A stretch of 55,433 nucleotides of DNA, taken from contig CAZWAX010000003.1 of NCBI GenBank assembly GCA_964631985.1, forward strand, positions 1-55,433, given 5' to 3'. Under the pieces are notes generated by a model. The model was given only the letters and a program-made list of their open reading frames with translations, did not search any database and had not been told where the DNA came from. This stretch comes from an uncultured Polyangiaceae bacterium (GTDB lineage Bacteria > Desulfobacterota > Binatia > UTPRO1). Shown in pieces: positions 54,320 to 55,433 of this stretch (the stretch's first letter is position 1; every line of letters begins with the position of its first letter). Position numbers and translations under genes: made by a program.

Positions 54320-55062
54320 CGCCGGCCTCGCCAGCGCCGCGACTCCATTGAGCGCAAGGTCAAGAAGAGGAAGAACCCGATGAAGAGCAGGAAGTAGGTC
54401 ACATCCTTCAAGTCGATCACGCCGCGCGCGAAGCTGAAGAAATGGTCGAACGTCGAGAGTTGGCTCAGCACGGTCAACAAGGTCGAGCTCACGGCCGCCT
54501 CGTTCCACGTGAGGATCCAGAAGAGCAGCAGTACGACGAACGTGCACGACGAAGCGACGACCTGGCTGTCGGTCAGGGACGAGATGAACAGGCCGCAGGC
54601 GATGCAGCCCGCGAGGAACAGTGTCGCGCCGAGATAGCGGGCGAAGAACGGGCTCGGGTCGAACGGATGAATCGCGTAGACGATCGCGGGATACAGCAGT
54701 GTCCCGAGAAGAAAGAGCAGGAAGATGAGAAGGCAGGCTGTGAATTTGGCCATCATGATCTCGGCGTCACGGAGGGGGTACGTATAGAGCAGCTCGATCG
54801 TCCCCAGGCGGCGCTCCTCGGCGATCAACCGCATCGTGAAGAGCGGGACCACGATCAGTAGATAGAAACCGATGTGGTTGACGAAGAAATCCTGCCAGAA
54901 GTTCTCCAGGATGTTCATCCCGAAGCCGAAGGTGACGTAGCTGTTGAGCGTCGTGTAGAAGCGGTACCCGGTGGCGAGCAGGAATGCTCCGACGACGACG
55001 TAGACGAGCGGACCCGCGAAATACGAAGCCAGCTCCTTGCGTATGAGCGCGAGGGTCCTCAT
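54316..55062 (-). CDS. ABC-2-type (GldF-like) transporter permease
   Basis: ATG at 55062 (ATGA overlap). MRTLALIRKELASYF, AEERRLGTIELLYTYP, six hydrophobic helices. Confidence 0.8.
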   Translation of the reverse strand: MRTLALIRKELASYFAGPLVYVVVGAFLLATGYRFYTTLNSYVTFGFGMNILENFWQDFFVNHIGFYLLIVVPLFTMRLIAEERRLGTIELLYTYPLRDAEIMMAKFTACLLIFLLFLLGTLLYPAIVYAIHPFDPSPFFARYLGATLFLAGCIACGLFISSLTDSQVVASSCTFVVLLLFWILTWNEAAVSSTLLTVLSQLSTFDHFFSFARGVIDLKDVTYFLLFIGFFLFLTLRSMESRRWRGRR

Positions 55063-55433
55063 GGGGTCCCGTCCCGTTCGCTCCGCACCAAGCGGACGAA
55101 GAGATCCTCGAGCGTCATCGGCAGCGGCCGAACCTCGAGCAGCCCCCAACCCTTGCCGACCACCTCCTGGGCAAGCGCGCGGCGCGCCTCGTCGCCGCGC
55201 GCCGAGCGCACGACGACGGTCACGAGGCCGTCGGTGCTGGGCTCCTCGCGTACGTCCTGGAGCTCGGGGAGTGCCTGGAGCGCGCGCACGACGGCCTCGC
55301 GCGGACCGGCGACCCTCGCGCGCGTCTCGTGCGAGCCCTGCAGTCGGCGGGTGAGGCCTTCGGCGGTGTCCTCGGCGATGATCCGTCCGTAGTCGATGAT
55401 GATCACCCGCTCGCAGGTCATGCTGACCTCGGG
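55059..55433 (-). CDS. ABC transporter ATP-binding protein, C-terminal part (runs off the window)
   Basis: The reading frame is open to the window edge. ...CERVIIIDYGRIIAEDT follows the post-H-loop region of ABC ATPases, then a small C-terminal domain. Confidence 0.7.
   Translation of the reverse strand, partial: PEVSMTCERVIIIDYGRIIAEDTAEGLTRRLQGSHETRARVAGPREAVVRALQALPELQDVREEPSTDGLVTVVVRSARGDEARRALAQEVVGKGWGLLEVRPLPMTLEDLFVRLVRSERDGTP

Overview
High-G+C (about two thirds by eye, not computed) chromosomal segment from a diderm bacterium. The gene content (hopanoid side-chain genes, LolA-like/OMP pair, ExeA/GspB, ECF and sigma-54 regulators, Pro/Thr-rich linkers) suggests an uncultured Myxococcota/Deltaproteobacteria/Binatota-like lineage; this is inference only. 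I can support about 58 protein-coding genes, mostly tightly packed operons with many 4-nt ATGA/GTGA start-stop overlaps. I recognised no rRNA, tRNA, CRISPR array, transposase or integrase. Housekeeping blocks: queA-tgt-yajC-secD (no secF follows), family-4 UDG, coaBC, apbC/mrp plus ferredoxin, polyprenyl synthase, moaA, lnt, dtd, sulfite/nitrite reductase, an EF-P family protein, acyl-CoA dehydrogenase, trmB. More interesting accessory or poorly understood modules: (1) an inositol-lipid cluster (inositol-3-phosphate synthase, CDP-alcohol phosphatidyltransferase, a translationally coupled 58-codon membrane micro-ORF, a UPF0104 flippase-like protein); (2) a DUF422 carotenoid-family membrane protein overlapping hpnG and followed by hpnH; (3) a secreted protein with two Cys-rich repeats, a roughly 155-aa Pro/Thr linker and an unknown C-terminal domain; (4) a regulatory island with a sensor-less sigma-54 activator (GAFPGA loop), three small ORFs (two are paralogous membrane-anchored proteins with an HxxHC motif) and an ECF sigma plus an anti-sigma fused to an AsmA-like domain; (5) a same-strand run of two paralogous thymidylate-kinase-like proteins (one with Walker-A Lys->Arg), a secreted NPP-type phosphodiesterase and phoB-phoR, preceded by 11-bp-periodic Pho-box-like repeats and facing an N-formylglutamate-amidohydrolase-like fusion protein; (6) a cupredoxin plus tri-haem cytochrome c/EB_dh pair; (7) a LolA-like/beta-barrel OMP pair behind the only intergenic sigma-54-type promoter match I found. 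All family assignments come from motif recognition by eye, not database searches.
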